Sequence record: NC_031245.1
Direction: 5' to 3' (one strand)
Length of the DNA: 64,000 bases
This document shows positions 37,936-46,497 of the stretch, in pieces. Position numbers and translations under genes: made by a program. The notes under the pieces are model-generated. The model was not told the origin of the DNA. It did not search any database and saw only the letters and a list, made by a program, of their open reading frames with translations. The stretch's first letter is position 1. Every line of letters starts with the position of its first letter.

Positions 37936-38319
37936 ATGGCACAAGACGTAGATCCGATCATACAGAAGAAACTTATGAGTACACCTATTCCTGAGTTAGC
38001 TCGTATGATTAATGTTCAGGATGAAGACAAGATAAAGGAATGGTTCAGATCAAATGACATCGATTTAGAGGCTACGATAATGTCAGGTGGTATGAGTAGG
38101 CAGAAAGCTATTTATCTGTACAATCTACATACTTTATTCAAGTTTCTAAATGATAGAACTATGATTCAGATTTTAGTTCATCTAACAGATGCCTTAAGGG
38201 AATGTATCACTGCTAAGAATGGTAACTTCAATAAGCAGGACAAGGTCGCTGATAATCTAGTAAAATGTATGGATGTAATCAACCATCACTTATATGTAGC
38301 AATTAATGTGAGGGACTAG
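37936..38319 (+). CDS. hypothetical protein
   Basis: ATG 37936 after AGGAGGG. Confidence 0.8.
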   Translation: MAQDVDPIIQKKLMSTPIPELARMINVQDEDKIKEWFRSNDIDLEATIMSGGMSRQKAIYLYNLHTLFKFLNDRTMIQILVHLTDALRECITAKNGNFNKQDKVADNLVKCMDVINHHLYVAINVRD

Positions 38320-38321
38320 TC

Positions 38322-38492
38322 GTGGATTTAATTATTCAGACTGAGAATCGTATCAAGAAGTTACGTGAGCAGAAACTAGAATTCAAGCGTCAGCATGGAG
38401 TCTTCTCGAAAGAAATCGAGAAGGAATTGAAATACTTAAGAGCAGTGCATAGATTCATTTTGCATGAGAAAACTAAGTTACCTAATTGGTAG
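38322..38492 (+). CDS. 56-aa hypothetical protein (missed by ORF track)
   Basis: GTG start, MDLIIQTENRIKKLREQ..; fills the gap between neighbours. Confidence 0.6.
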   Translation: MDLIIQTENRIKKLREQKLEFKRQHGVFSKEIEKELKYLRAVHRFILHEKTKLPNW

Positions 38493-38503
38493 GAGGTATA
38501 ATA

Positions 38504-38794
38504 ATGGATTTTGATTTGAGACAAGTTATAACTAAACGTAGACCTAAAACATCTCCAGAACCTGGAGATAAGAGGTTCTCTGTATACATAACTATGGGAG
38601 GACTTATGGAAGATCCAGGATTCCATGACGAATACCACGCTACAATCTATTCTTCAGATAAAGACTCAGCAATTGAGGAATGGTTGAGAATTAATCCTAA
38701 ATTCGACGACCCTCAATACCTAAGAAAAGGTCAAAATGGTGAGGGTTGGAGTTACTGGGGATGGGTAATAAGTTGCCACCAAATATCAAATTAA
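38504..38794 (+). CDS. hypothetical protein
   Basis: ATG 38504 after AGGAGG. Confidence 0.8.
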   Translation: MDFDLRQVITKRRPKTSPEPGDKRFSVYITMGGLMEDPGFHDEYHATIYSSDKDSAIEEWLRINPKFDDPQYLRKGQNGEGWSYWGWVISCHQISN

Positions 38795-38819
38795 TATAAC
38801 TTCAAGGAGGATACATCTT

Positions 38820-39290
38820 ATGAGAGATCAAGATAGAGGATTATATAACAAATATACAGTAATCGATAATTCAAATGGACAAACAGTAGATAGACCAACT
38901 TTTGTATTAAGTCCTGCTCAAGACCCTGCAGCACTTCGTGCACTAAAAACTTATAGGGACTATACTACTAACAAGAAACTCGCTCGTGACATTAGTGAGT
39001 GGATTGACAATATCTCTAAAGACTTTGTCGTTCATAAAATTAAAGTTCAAGGTGACTTAATCGTAGGTCCAGGTCATATTGTACCATTTAGTGTACTACG
39101 TCAACGATGGGTGGATTCGGTAGGCAAGTCCCAATCCGATGGGACAATTGTGACTAAGGTTGAAGACGTTAGTCCTGAAGAGATAGAGGTCATCGTTAAG
39201 ATACCTAGATCCTTATCTTCCAAATTCAATAAGTCTGGGCATACTGTAGGATTCTCTATGAACGGTATTTCGAGGGATAGCTCTCATTAA
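38820..39290 (+). CDS. hypothetical protein
   Basis: ORF track; AAGGAGG RBS. Confidence 0.8.
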   Translation: MRDQDRGLYNKYTVIDNSNGQTVDRPTFVLSPAQDPAALRALKTYRDYTTNKKLARDISEWIDNISKDFVVHKIKVQGDLIVGPGHIVPFSVLRQRWVDSVGKSQSDGTIVTKVEDVSPEEIEVIVKIPRSLSSKFNKSGHTVGFSMNGISRDSSH

Positions 39291-39320
39291 ATATTAGAAA
39301 TGGCTTAGGAGGGGAACATC

Positions 39321-40280
39321 ATGAAAACATTCGACAAAGTCCTATTCTACTGCAAACCTGAACCTAAAGAGAAAGATAACCCTAATGCTTATCACGCATT
39401 CCCGCTCGAAGTAGGAGCTAAATCTGACTATACTGCTCGTATCTGGGCTAGTGACCTCCAAAGAACTGAACCAGTCATCTTCGAGTTCAGTAATGAATTT
39501 GAGGATGTAGTATTAATTGATCTGGACAAACGTGGTCAAGGTGGAAGAGCTTATCAAGTAGTTATCAAAGTAGAAGATAAGTCCTTCAGAGTAGACTTAC
39601 GTGAAGATTCCTTAATGGATATTCTACTTAATTCGAGTATTAATCGTGGTAAGTTGGAAGGGACTTATACTTTTATAAGGAAGTCCTCGCAAGTGCACCT
39701 TATCAGAGTAGGTTCAGAGTATTATATTAAGGCACAAAAAGAGAAACCTAAGCACGAAATGAAACCAATACCTAAGTCCGAACTCAAAATAGGTCACTTA
39801 TATGAGACTAGAGGTGGGAACCAAGAAGTCTATCTAGGTGATATATATAAACATGCAGTTATCGGATTAAAAGGCAATACAGTTAATTCAGTGCCTGAGA
39901 AACGTATGGCATTTTTAAGATGGAACTCTTGGCATAGTGATCAGGTTCAGTCCTTCCTGAGAGGTGGGGCTCATAAGGAAGATATTCCTATGTACGCATT
40001 AGAGGTGAAGAAATCCCACTCGTTCGTCATAGATAAAGGTAAAGTCACTGATTTAGGGAGATTAGATATCCTATCATCCATATTTAGTGCAGTTAGAAAA
40101 GAGTTCGATAATTACTATAATAAATACGAATCATACACCTCCAATAAGGTTCTGGCTAACAGCTATATACCGTATATGTATGAATTTGCAAGAAGGCTGG
40201 CAGTTACTACGGATAAAAATGAGCCACTGGACTACAGAGTCTACCAATACTTGAAAGTAAATCCAGGAGGTAGCTTATGA
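39321..40280 (+). CDS. hypothetical protein
   Basis: 319-aa ORF; AGGAGG RBS. Confidence 0.85.
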   Translation: MKTFDKVLFYCKPEPKEKDNPNAYHAFPLEVGAKSDYTARIWASDLQRTEPVIFEFSNEFEDVVLIDLDKRGQGGRAYQVVIKVEDKSFRVDLREDSLMDILLNSSINRGKLEGTYTFIRKSSQVHLIRVGSEYYIKAQKEKPKHEMKPIPKSELKIGHLYETRGGNQEVYLGDIYKHAVIGLKGNTVNSVPEKRMAFLRWNSWHSDQVQSFLRGGAHKEDIPMYALEVKKSHSFVIDKGKVTDLGRLDILSSIFSAVRKEFDNYYNKYESYTSNKVLANSYIPYMYEFARRLAVTTDKNEPLDYRVYQYLKVNPGGSL

Positions 40281-40591
40281 TAACTCAGTGGGACATAAGT
40301 GGAACTGAACGTAAGATAACTTATAACTCTTTATGCAAAGTAATTGTCATATCTCTAGATAATATATTAGAGAATCATAAGGATGCAGGAATCACGCCTG
40401 ATCGAATCCTTCTGACTCCTAGTAGCTACGCTATGTTGACTGCAGTCCTTAACTATGAGGATCAAAATGAGGAGCTAGTGCTACCTAGGACTTACAAGGA
40501 CATCCCTATTACAGTTACGGATAAATTAAGGGAGGACGTAGCTTTTGAAGTAGTAATACCTCCTGACGAAGAATTTAGGCGTATTTTATAA
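40277..40591 (+). CDS. hypothetical protein
   Basis: ORF track. Confidence 0.8.
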   Translation: MITQWDISGTERKITYNSLCKVIVISLDNILENHKDAGITPDRILLTPSSYAMLTAVLNYEDQNEELVLPRTYKDIPITVTDKLREDVAFEVVIPPDEEFRRIL

Positions 40592-40630
40592 ATTTGATAA
40601 GCATCTTAGAGATACATCAATGTTAATTAA

Positions 40631-40659
40631 GCTTTATTAAGGCTTCTGAAACGTTTATA
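40631..40659 (+). promoter_or_regulatory. phage-specific bipartite promoter motif
   Basis: GCTTTATT-N10-AAACGTTTATA. Confidence 0.8.
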
Positions 40660-40723
40660 CTTGTGAAACGTTGCTCGACTGACTTTCAGTCGAGCTATTT
40701 TAATGTTTAAGGAGGGAATCCTA

Positions 40724-41218
40724 ATGGTGGATTTCAGTAAACTCACTAATAAAGAGAAACCTCACGTTACGATAAATGGTAGGGAAGTTGAAGTGGATTC
40801 GATACCTGACCAGTCGCTATCGCTTGAGGAATATTTGACAGTTAGAGCTAATTCAGCAGGATTTGAGGCTCTGTACCCTAAATTGAGCAATAAAGCACTA
40901 ATCCATGCCTCTCAAAATACTCTCAAGAATTGTAAAATCGAACCGAGCAGTGCTACCTATGATTATACCCTTAAAACTCACATAGTTGACCAACTAATTG
41001 GTAGAATCAATGGTATGCTAGAAGGATTTGAGGAGATAATGGATACCGTAGGTTCATTCTATTCAGAAGGCAGTCCTGAAGCTCCTAGATTAGCTACGGA
41101 TAAGACTTTAGGGGAAGTTACTGGGGAGTTATCAGTTATACAGCAAGTAGCCTTACATCACATTCGAGGTCCAAGGTCAAGGAGGAAATACCTTGAAGGA
41201 GGAGCAACGATTGAGTGA
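40724..41218 (+). CDS. hypothetical protein
   Basis: ATG 40724 after AAGGAGG. Confidence 0.8.
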   Translation: MVDFSKLTNKEKPHVTINGREVEVDSIPDQSLSLEEYLTVRANSAGFEALYPKLSNKALIHASQNTLKNCKIEPSSATYDYTLKTHIVDQLIGRINGMLEGFEEIMDTVGSFYSEGSPEAPRLATDKTLGEVTGELSVIQQVALHHIRGPRSRRKYLEGGATIE

Positions 41219-41441
41219 GATTAGCTACAAATTGAATAGAATGATTGATTCTATGTTTAATTTGCATGGAATCAATCCTACTACTTTAAATAAAGTGGTT
41301 CATTTGGTATCAATAGGATACCTACAGCTTATGCCTAGTAATCTGAAAGATAAATGGATACCTCAAACAGAAGTAAGGGACGATTCGAGGTTAGTGGTAG
41401 TTGGATGGACGAATATTGATGACTTAGATTATCCATTCTAA
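41211..41441 (+). CDS. hypothetical protein
   Basis: TTG 41211 after GGAGGAG. Confidence 0.7.
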   Translation: MSEISYKLNRMIDSMFNLHGINPTTLNKVVHLVSIGYLQLMPSNLKDKWIPQTEVRDDSRLVVVGWTNIDDLDYPF

Positions 41442-41470
41442 GCTTGATACGAGTCCTTCGAACGTCTATA
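41442..41470 (+). promoter_or_regulatory. phage-specific bipartite promoter motif
   Basis: GCTTGATA-N10-GAACGTCTATA. Confidence 0.8.
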
Positions 41471-41517
41471 TTGGTGTAAGTCCTTTTTGGGATAGTAACT
41501 TCAAGGAGTGGAAATAA

Positions 41518-41721
41518 ATGACTTTAATAGAGATGCAAAAGGAATTAATTGATGAAGAATTATCCGAATTAGATATTCAAGAGTCCAACTTGATGATTTA
41601 TATTAATGAATCACCTAAAAGCACTGAGGAGTCTCTGGAAAGAGTACGGAATCGTAGAGAAGTATTATTCCGTCAATTGTCGGAGATCGAGAAAGTTGAG
41701 AATCAAAGACATGGCGTCTAG
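41518..41721 (+). CDS. hypothetical coiled-coil protein
   Basis: ORF track. Confidence 0.75.
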   Translation: MTLIEMQKELIDEELSELDIQESNLMIYINESPKSTEESLERVRNRREVLFRQLSEIEKVENQRHGV

Positions 41722-41947
41722 GGAGTCAATTATTGAGCTACTAAAGTCCGAAATCCTAGATACGCAGTCTCAGTTAGGTAATATTAAATCGAAGAGAAAG
41801 TACATGCTAGGGAATATCTCTATGGATAAGGATTCTCGCCAACGTCGAGACAAAGAATTAAAGAATTTAACTACTATAGAATTACAACTTGAACTCAAAC
41901 TTATGAATTTGGAGTCTGAGCTTGAGAGATTTAATACTATGTATTAG
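41711..41947 (+). CDS. hypothetical coiled-coil protein
   Basis: ATG 41711 overlaps upstream gene end. Confidence 0.65.
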   Translation: MASRESIIELLKSEILDTQSQLGNIKSKRKYMLGNISMDKDSRQRRDKELKNLTTIELQLELKLMNLESELERFNTMY

Positions 41948-41996
41948 TTTTGACTTAATTACACAACAACTTAGAATTACATCAGGAGGTAATTAT

Positions 41997-42296
41997 ATGG
42001 AAATTTACGTTATTTCAGCATGGGAATGCCCTGAATTTGGAGGAGGTGGTTCGTCCGACATAGTTCACGTAGGTACTGACTCTGAATTAGCTAAGAAAGA
42101 GCTAGTTAGAATCAGTAAAAAGTATGAGGGTGACGAAGAAATAGCTGTTTGGTTAGAGGTATGGAGAGATGGTAAACCTGTAAGAAGTATTAATGGATCA
42201 GGTTATAGTTCAGCGGATGAAATCAATTTGGATAACGAGGAAGACGACTGCACTAAATACCATTTGTTCTATCAGTTGCAGGAGGGTAAGTTGTGA
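41997..42296 (+). CDS. hypothetical protein
   Basis: ATG 41997 after AGGAGG. Confidence 0.8.
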   Translation: MEIYVISAWECPEFGGGGSSDIVHVGTDSELAKKELVRISKKYEGDEEIAVWLEVWRDGKPVRSINGSGYSSADEINLDNEEDDCTKYHLFYQLQEGKL

Positions 42297-42658
42297 ATAA
42301 ATTAGCTACTAAGTTGTTCGACATCGTTAACAATGACAGAGAATCGTCACTAATTGTTGAGGAATTCTACCTATATAGTGATGAATGGGAGCCGTACGAC
42401 ATACAAGTTTTCAGGTTAACTGGGACTAATGCTCCAGGTGAGAGGATATTGAAATACAATCCGTATGTTGTAAATGAAGTCAAATGGTGGGGTACAGACG
42501 AGGAACTAGCTAAATTGGTACTTATCGTCGATAAATTTGGGCAAGGTGAGTACACTTATGAGCAATTTAAGAAGTCAACTGCAATGAAGCAAGATCCAGT
42601 CATAGCAGCTCACTCCTGGATTGCTAATGTAAAGTCTAAGTTATCATTAAATAAGTAA
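42293..42658 (+). CDS. hypothetical protein
   Basis: ORF track. Confidence 0.75.
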   Translation: MNKLATKLFDIVNNDRESSLIVEEFYLYSDEWEPYDIQVFRLTGTNAPGERILKYNPYVVNEVKWWGTDEELAKLVLIVDKFGQGEYTYEQFKKSTAMKQDPVIAAHSWIANVKSKLSLNK

Positions 42659-42673
42659 ATGGGGGAGTTTAAA

Positions 42674-43060
42674 ATGAAATCTAGATTTAGAATTACTGAT
42701 ACTATAATGGTGATCGCTGCAATAATTATTTTAGCTATAGTAGGAACTAAATTGGGTGATATCGATAAACATGGAGTCGATAAGATTAACAAAATCTATA
42801 AATCCCAAGATGACTATATTACAGAATCCGCTCCACAAGCTACGCAATTAAATACACAGTTATCAATGGAAATGACTAAGGAAGTCGGTAACGTAGTAGC
42901 AATAATTGGTTCGTCCATCGTTATTCTCTTAGGACTTATAATTTTGATTTTGCTATATGCAGCAATCAAAATACAGGCACCGAATCCTATGAAAGATAAA
43001 CTGGATCGTACCAAAGCTGTAAATGAGGATTCGGATGAATCAAAACCTTTGAACGGATGA
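42674..43060 (+). CDS. membrane protein
   Basis: two TM segments; ATG 42674 after GGGGAG. Confidence 0.75.
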   Translation: MKSRFRITDTIMVIAAIIILAIVGTKLGDIDKHGVDKINKIYKSQDDYITESAPQATQLNTQLSMEMTKEVGNVVAIIGSSIVILLGLIILILLYAAIKIQAPNPMKDKLDRTKAVNEDSDESKPLNG

Positions 43061-43066
43061 TGGGGT

Positions 43067-43091
43067 ACTGACCCATTATTGGGTCAGTTTG
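43067..43091 (+). terminator. terminator-like hairpin
   Basis: ACTGACCCA-TTAT-TGGGTCAGT-TTG. Confidence 0.55.
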
Positions 43092-43109
43092 TTAGATAGG
43101 GGGATACAA

Positions 43110-43469
43110 ATGGGGGATTTAGGTATTTTCAACCAAATAGGTAAAGATGGTCAATTAACTAGGGGAACGGATTACATAGATAATACTCAGGTAGTCTCAA
43201 CTCCTGAGGAACCAAAGTTGTTTACTAACTTTTTAGGATTCAATACTGAAGTATTCAAAGTTGGCAAAGCTGTAGAGATAGTTCACTATCCTAAATATAC
43301 CGAGGATGAGGATGATAATAAAGTAGAGAACGTATCAGGTACGTATCTAATTTATCACATAAATCCTGCAGTAATTACTTTAATAGGCATGGAAGGTCAA
43401 ACTATAAGTATTGAAGCTGAGAGATTCACTCATATTCAGCCAGAAGTGTATATTCGATTACTCAAATAA
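43110..43469 (+). CDS. hypothetical protein
   Basis: ATG 43110 after AGGGGG. Confidence 0.75.
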   Translation: MGDLGIFNQIGKDGQLTRGTDYIDNTQVVSTPEEPKLFTNFLGFNTEVFKVGKAVEIVHYPKYTEDEDDNKVENVSGTYLIYHINPAVITLIGMEGQTISIEAERFTHIQPEVYIRLLK

Positions 43470-43491
43470 AAATACCAAGGAGGATTCTTAT

Positions 43492-43704
43492 ATGAACTGG
43501 TTATACTTGAAAGAAGATCACTACATTAGATTCTTTAGGACTAAATGGAATAGCCCTATCTCATTCAAATGGCTACGAACTAAAAGTTATTGTACACCAC
43601 AATGGACTGTACAGTTCTGGTGTAAATATGTAAATATCTACCTAGGTAGATTCGAAATTAAAATATACAAACCTAAGTGGATGAGGTGTATGCTCCACGA
43701 CTAG
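43492..43704 (+). CDS. hypothetical protein
   Basis: ATG 43492 after AAGGAGG. Confidence 0.75.
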   Translation: MNWLYLKEDHYIRFFRTKWNSPISFKWLRTKSYCTPQWTVQFWCKYVNIYLGRFEIKIYKPKWMRCMLHD

Positions 43705-43724
43705 GAGTACCGAGGACTGGATCC

Positions 43725-43753
43725 GCTGGATTCAGTCCTTTTGAACGTTTATA
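43725..43753 (+). promoter_or_regulatory. phage-specific bipartite promoter motif
   Basis: GCTGGATT-N10-GAACGTTTATA-TTGG-TGAAG. Confidence 0.8.
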
Positions 43754-43810
43754 TTGGTGAAGCAGGTGTATCCTGTAGATAAATAGACATCTAGGAGGAG
43801 AACATACGAT

Positions 43811-44137
43811 ATGGCAATTACAGCTAAGACTCATACAGAAGAATTGGTAGAACATTTGGATGAAATTATTGGGATGCACGAGGACAAAGAATTAGGTAGA
43901 CCTTTATGCTATTCTACATTATTGGACGCACGAGCTACTGCTAATAAAGTATTAATTGAGTATTCAGTCGTTGTAAATAATTCTAGTCTAGTTCTAGATA
44001 CGTTAACTAAACTTGATACTAGATTAGTAGATACTTCAGATTCTCTAGGTAACGATATCAAATTAATGGCAGTCGATGAATCCTATTGCAGACTCCTGAA
44101 AAGTAAAGCTGAAGCATTACTAGCCTTAGTTAAATGA
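43811..44137 (+). CDS. hypothetical protein
   Basis: ORF track; AGGAGGAG RBS. Confidence 0.8.
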   Translation: MAITAKTHTEELVEHLDEIIGMHEDKELGRPLCYSTLLDARATANKVLIEYSVVVNNSSLVLDTLTKLDTRLVDTSDSLGNDIKLMAVDESYCRLLKSKAEALLALVK

Positions 44138-44475
44138 TAGGATTAATGACAGCTATGAGCATTCAGGAAGAAATGGATCATATCGAAAGAATAGGTAGAC
44201 TACATGGCGTAGGACTAACTACTAATTTGAGAGACGATGGGTCAGTAGGAGTCAAGATATTCGCTAGTAAAATATTAGGTCATGATTTGATAAAGCTACT
44301 GGAGAAGGAGTTTGAATTCGTACATATCGAGAGGATTGATTATGAAATAGCTAGCGGATGGTTCAGTCGATTACTATTTAAAGTATTTCAATACGAAATG
44401 AACAAGCTAACTGAAAAGGAGTTAATCAATTCGATGGAGGGTACAATTTATTTCAACAAGGAGAGAGGTGATTAA
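44134..44475 (+). CDS. hypothetical protein
   Basis: ORF track. Confidence 0.75.
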   Translation: MIGLMTAMSIQEEMDHIERIGRLHGVGLTTNLRDDGSVGVKIFASKILGHDLIKLLEKEFEFVHIERIDYEIASGWFSRLLFKVFQYEMNKLTEKELINSMEGTIYFNKERGD

Positions 44476-45375
44476 ATGGGAGAAGTCTATAAGATCACAA
44501 ATCTCGTTAATGGTAAAGTTTATATAGGTAGTTCTACTCAAAGTGGACAAGTTAGAATGGACTACCATATGGCTAAAATAGGGGATGCAGCTGGACCATT
44601 CTACTCTGAGATAGATAAATACGGTAAACGTAACTTCCAACTAAGTATTATCTGTAAGGTGGAGGACGAGAATGACCTACGAGAATTGGAGTACGAGCTT
44701 ATTCGAGAACATATTGAAGTGTTAGGTCGTGATCAAGTTTACAACGTAGCAACTCATGTTGATTACTGGAGAGATAGGTCTCATGATCCGGATGTAGTCG
44801 CAAAACGTATGGAGACTATGAGGAGAAGATATGGAATACTCCCTATAAACGACCCTAAATATAGAGAAAAGGCTATTCAATCCCAAATCGACAAATACGG
44901 TAGCTTAGCTTTCCATACACCTGAAGCTCGAGCTAAATCTAATGAAGCATCCCAAACAGATGAAGCTAAAGCTAAGAGAGTAGCTACTCAAGTAGAACGT
45001 TATGGTTCCTTAGGATTCCATACACCTGAAGCTAGGAAGAAGTCAATCGAAATGGCTAGTAAACCTGAAGTCCAACGTAGACGAGTAGCTACGGATAAAG
45101 CTAGGCATGGTGGGAGATTAGCTGCTCATAGTCCTGAAGCTATTGAAAAGAATAAACGTACTAGATCCAACATTGTTGAATATAAAGGTATCGAGTACGC
45201 AGGACTGGCGGATTTGAGGAAGGCATTACGAGAAGATGGGTACGAAGTTCCTGCAACTACTCTGAATCGAATGGTACAGTATAATCGATTCCCTGAGAAG
45301 TATAAGGAGTTAGAAGGCAAGTTCAAGTTAGTGAGACTGGGAGTAATTACTAAACTAGCTAAGAATAAGAAGTAA
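44476..45375 (+). CDS. free-standing GIY-YIG homing endonuclease with internal repeats
   Basis: VYKITNLVNGKVYIGSS; repeated YGSL(A/G)FHTPEAR. Confidence 0.88.
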   Translation: MGEVYKITNLVNGKVYIGSSTQSGQVRMDYHMAKIGDAAGPFYSEIDKYGKRNFQLSIICKVEDENDLRELEYELIREHIEVLGRDQVYNVATHVDYWRDRSHDPDVVAKRMETMRRRYGILPINDPKYREKAIQSQIDKYGSLAFHTPEARAKSNEASQTDEAKAKRVATQVERYGSLGFHTPEARKKSIEMASKPEVQRRRVATDKARHGGRLAAHSPEAIEKNKRTRSNIVEYKGIEYAGLADLRKALREDGYEVPATTLNRMVQYNRFPEKYKELEGKFKLVRLGVITKLAKNKK

Positions 45376-45402
45376 AAAAGAGGTAGGGTTAATCCCCTAC
45401 CT
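45375..45402 (-). terminator. terminator between convergent genes
   Basis: AGGTAGGG/CCCTACCT stem with A-run on the left, giving a U-tract on the - strand. Confidence 0.7.
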
Positions 45403-46010
45403 TACTCTCCGAAATATGAACGAACAATCTTACGAGCTTTCTTTTTCATAGAACGGTAACTTCCGCTACCAGAACTCGACCATCCGAGCTCTCTCGCCAT
45501 TCTGTGTTCACTGTCTTCCATATGTACCAAACGCTCTGCATCGATTGTTGGCTCAAGTTCAACTGCTTCATTCAATTCAAACACACCTTCGATGTAACCT
45601 TTCATAACAACGAACTTACGTTCCTTAGAACCAATTTCGAATTGTTCAACCATTTCCTTGATTTCGAAGAATTTCTCAGGTTGACGGAAAGGACGTTCAG
45701 CCATCAAAGGATTTCTTGAATTTCCAATTTCTCTTGCCCAAGCAGATACCGTTTCGTCTGAAACCATGTCTGTCTTTGAATCCCAACGACGTCTTTCATA
45801 ACGGTAAACGTCAACCGCTTTATTGTAAGAAGTACGAGCAACAATTTTTTCATTTGGAACTTTCTCGCCATCCGAAATTTCAAGAAGTTTTAACCAAAGT
45901 TCTTGTTCCAAGTCCGAAGTTTCAATTCCAAATTCACGACCGTACTTACGAGAAACACCTTTAACAATTTGAGTAACCTTTTCGCCAAAAACCTCTTTTA
46001 AATTTTCCAT
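45402..46010 (-). CDS. phage RNA polymerase sigma factor (sigma70 family, ECF/group-4-like)
   Basis: region 2-like ETSDLEQELWLKLL..SYNKAVDVYRYERR; region 4-like ERKFVVMKGYIEG..RMARELGW..KKARKIV; ATG 46010 is 9 nt from GGAGG. Confidence 0.75.
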   Translation of the reverse strand: MENLKEVFGEKVTQIVKGVSRKYGREFGIETSDLEQELWLKLLEISDGEKVPNEKIVARTSYNKAVDVYRYERRRWDSKTDMVSDETVSAWAREIGNSRNPLMAERPFRQPEKFFEIKEMVEQFEIGSKERKFVVMKGYIEGVFELNEAVELEPTIDAERLVHMEDSEHRMARELGWSSSGSGSYRSMKKKARKIVRSYFGE

Positions 46011-46288
46011 TATCAAAAACCTCCAAGTTTTAATTTAGCAACCAACCACGGTGCTGTGTTTTTTTTTAGGAGTGGGGGAACCGAATTCGACCCCCACAAG
46101 ACAAGTATGCCCCAAATTCGCTTAAAAAGCACCCCCGATATAACCCCGTATGAGGTGAAATTCCCTGGGTTTCCGCACATTATCGCCCTTAATCACCCCC
46201 AATCGCCCTTTTTCGAATTTGAGGAAAAATTTTCGATAACGAGCTTGAAGCAACTTTCATAGACGTAGGAGCGAATCCCTACCTTATT

Positions 46289-46317
46289 ATAATATACCAC
46301 CTTGCGAACCTTGCCAA
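46289..46317 (-). promoter_or_regulatory. sigmaA-type promoter for the sigma gene
   Basis: TTGGCA-N17-TATTAT on the - strand, overlapping TATAAT. Confidence 0.6.
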
Positions 46318-46421
46318 AGGGTAATTTACCTCGTAATAACGCTCAAAAGCCTTGTAGCCAGTCCCTAAAGGTTTCAGCGAACCGCCTGTCGCTGTCAATT
46401 CTAGAAGCCTTCTACGAGCTT

Positions 46422-46450
46422 GCTCCTATAAGGGTTGCTAAACGTTTATA
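46422..46450 (+). promoter_or_regulatory. phage-specific bipartite promoter motif
   Basis: GCTCCTAT-N10-AAACGTTTATA-GTTG-TGAAG. Confidence 0.75.
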
Positions 46451-46497
46451 GTTGTGAAGGAAGTTTGGTATAGAAATAATGAACAAAGGATGATTTT

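Noticed and set aside
46072-46097. tRNA/tmRNA T-arm (GGGGGTCGAATTC..CCCCC)
   Set aside because: No acceptor, D or anticodon arms and no CCA end; treated as a leader hairpin.
46056-46262. ORF-track 68-aa plus-strand protein
   Set aside because: No RBS or promoter; it overlaps the structured leader of the sigma gene.
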